NCBI GenBank assembly: GCA_043381765.1
Contig: JBHJMP010000516.1
Location: 1 to 35,744, forward strand
Length of the DNA: 35,744 nucleotides
Source of the DNA: Collodictyon triciliatum
Taxonomy: Eukaryota
Reading direction: 5' to 3'
The notes under the pieces were generated by a model, which had not been told where the DNA came from, made no database searches, and saw only the letters and a program-made list of their open reading frames with translations. Both the position numbers and the translations under genes were made by a program. Below, in pieces: positions 35,643-35,744 of this stretch (position 1 is its first letter; each line of letters starts with the position of its first letter).

Positions 35643-35744
35643 CAAAAACAAAACAAAAACAAAAACAAAAACAAAAACAAAAACAAAAACAAAAACAAAA
35701 ACAAAAATAAAAATAAAAATAAAAATAAAAATAAAAATAAAAAT
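35643..35744. repeat. (CAAAAA)n then (TAAAAA)n tandem repeats
   Basis: Direct tandem repeats to the window end. Confidence 0.92.

Noticed and set aside
35015-35710. ORFs 35285-35710 (+) and 35015-35461 (-)
   Set aside because: Antisense or alternative-frame shadows of the LRR first exon, extended by microsatellites.

Overview
AT-rich, intron-dense eukaryotic (protist-like) genomic DNA with four N gaps and many intronic microsatellites. Manual splicing supports, in order: a possible first exon of a mitochondrial protein (-); COMMD3 (-); a secreted/lysosomal GH38 alpha-mannosidase with MAN2B2-like motifs (-); an LRR-ROC-COR-PH Roco protein with degenerate GTPase motifs (-); head-to-head with it, a 7TM GPCR-PIP kinase fusion with an altered DLKGS motif (+), interrupted by a gap-flanked GC-rich NHL-repeat exon; a divergent pair of unrecognised genes; and a ~17-exon LRR gene (-). 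The standout is that last gene. Its probable N-terminus (MARTRATARRSTIGKAPRR) closely mimics the histone H3 tail with K4/K9/K18 replaced by Arg, has no histone fold, and is joined to an LRR array built from duplicated phase-0 exon modules shared with the Roco gene. All gene models are hand-spliced and unverified by RNA data.
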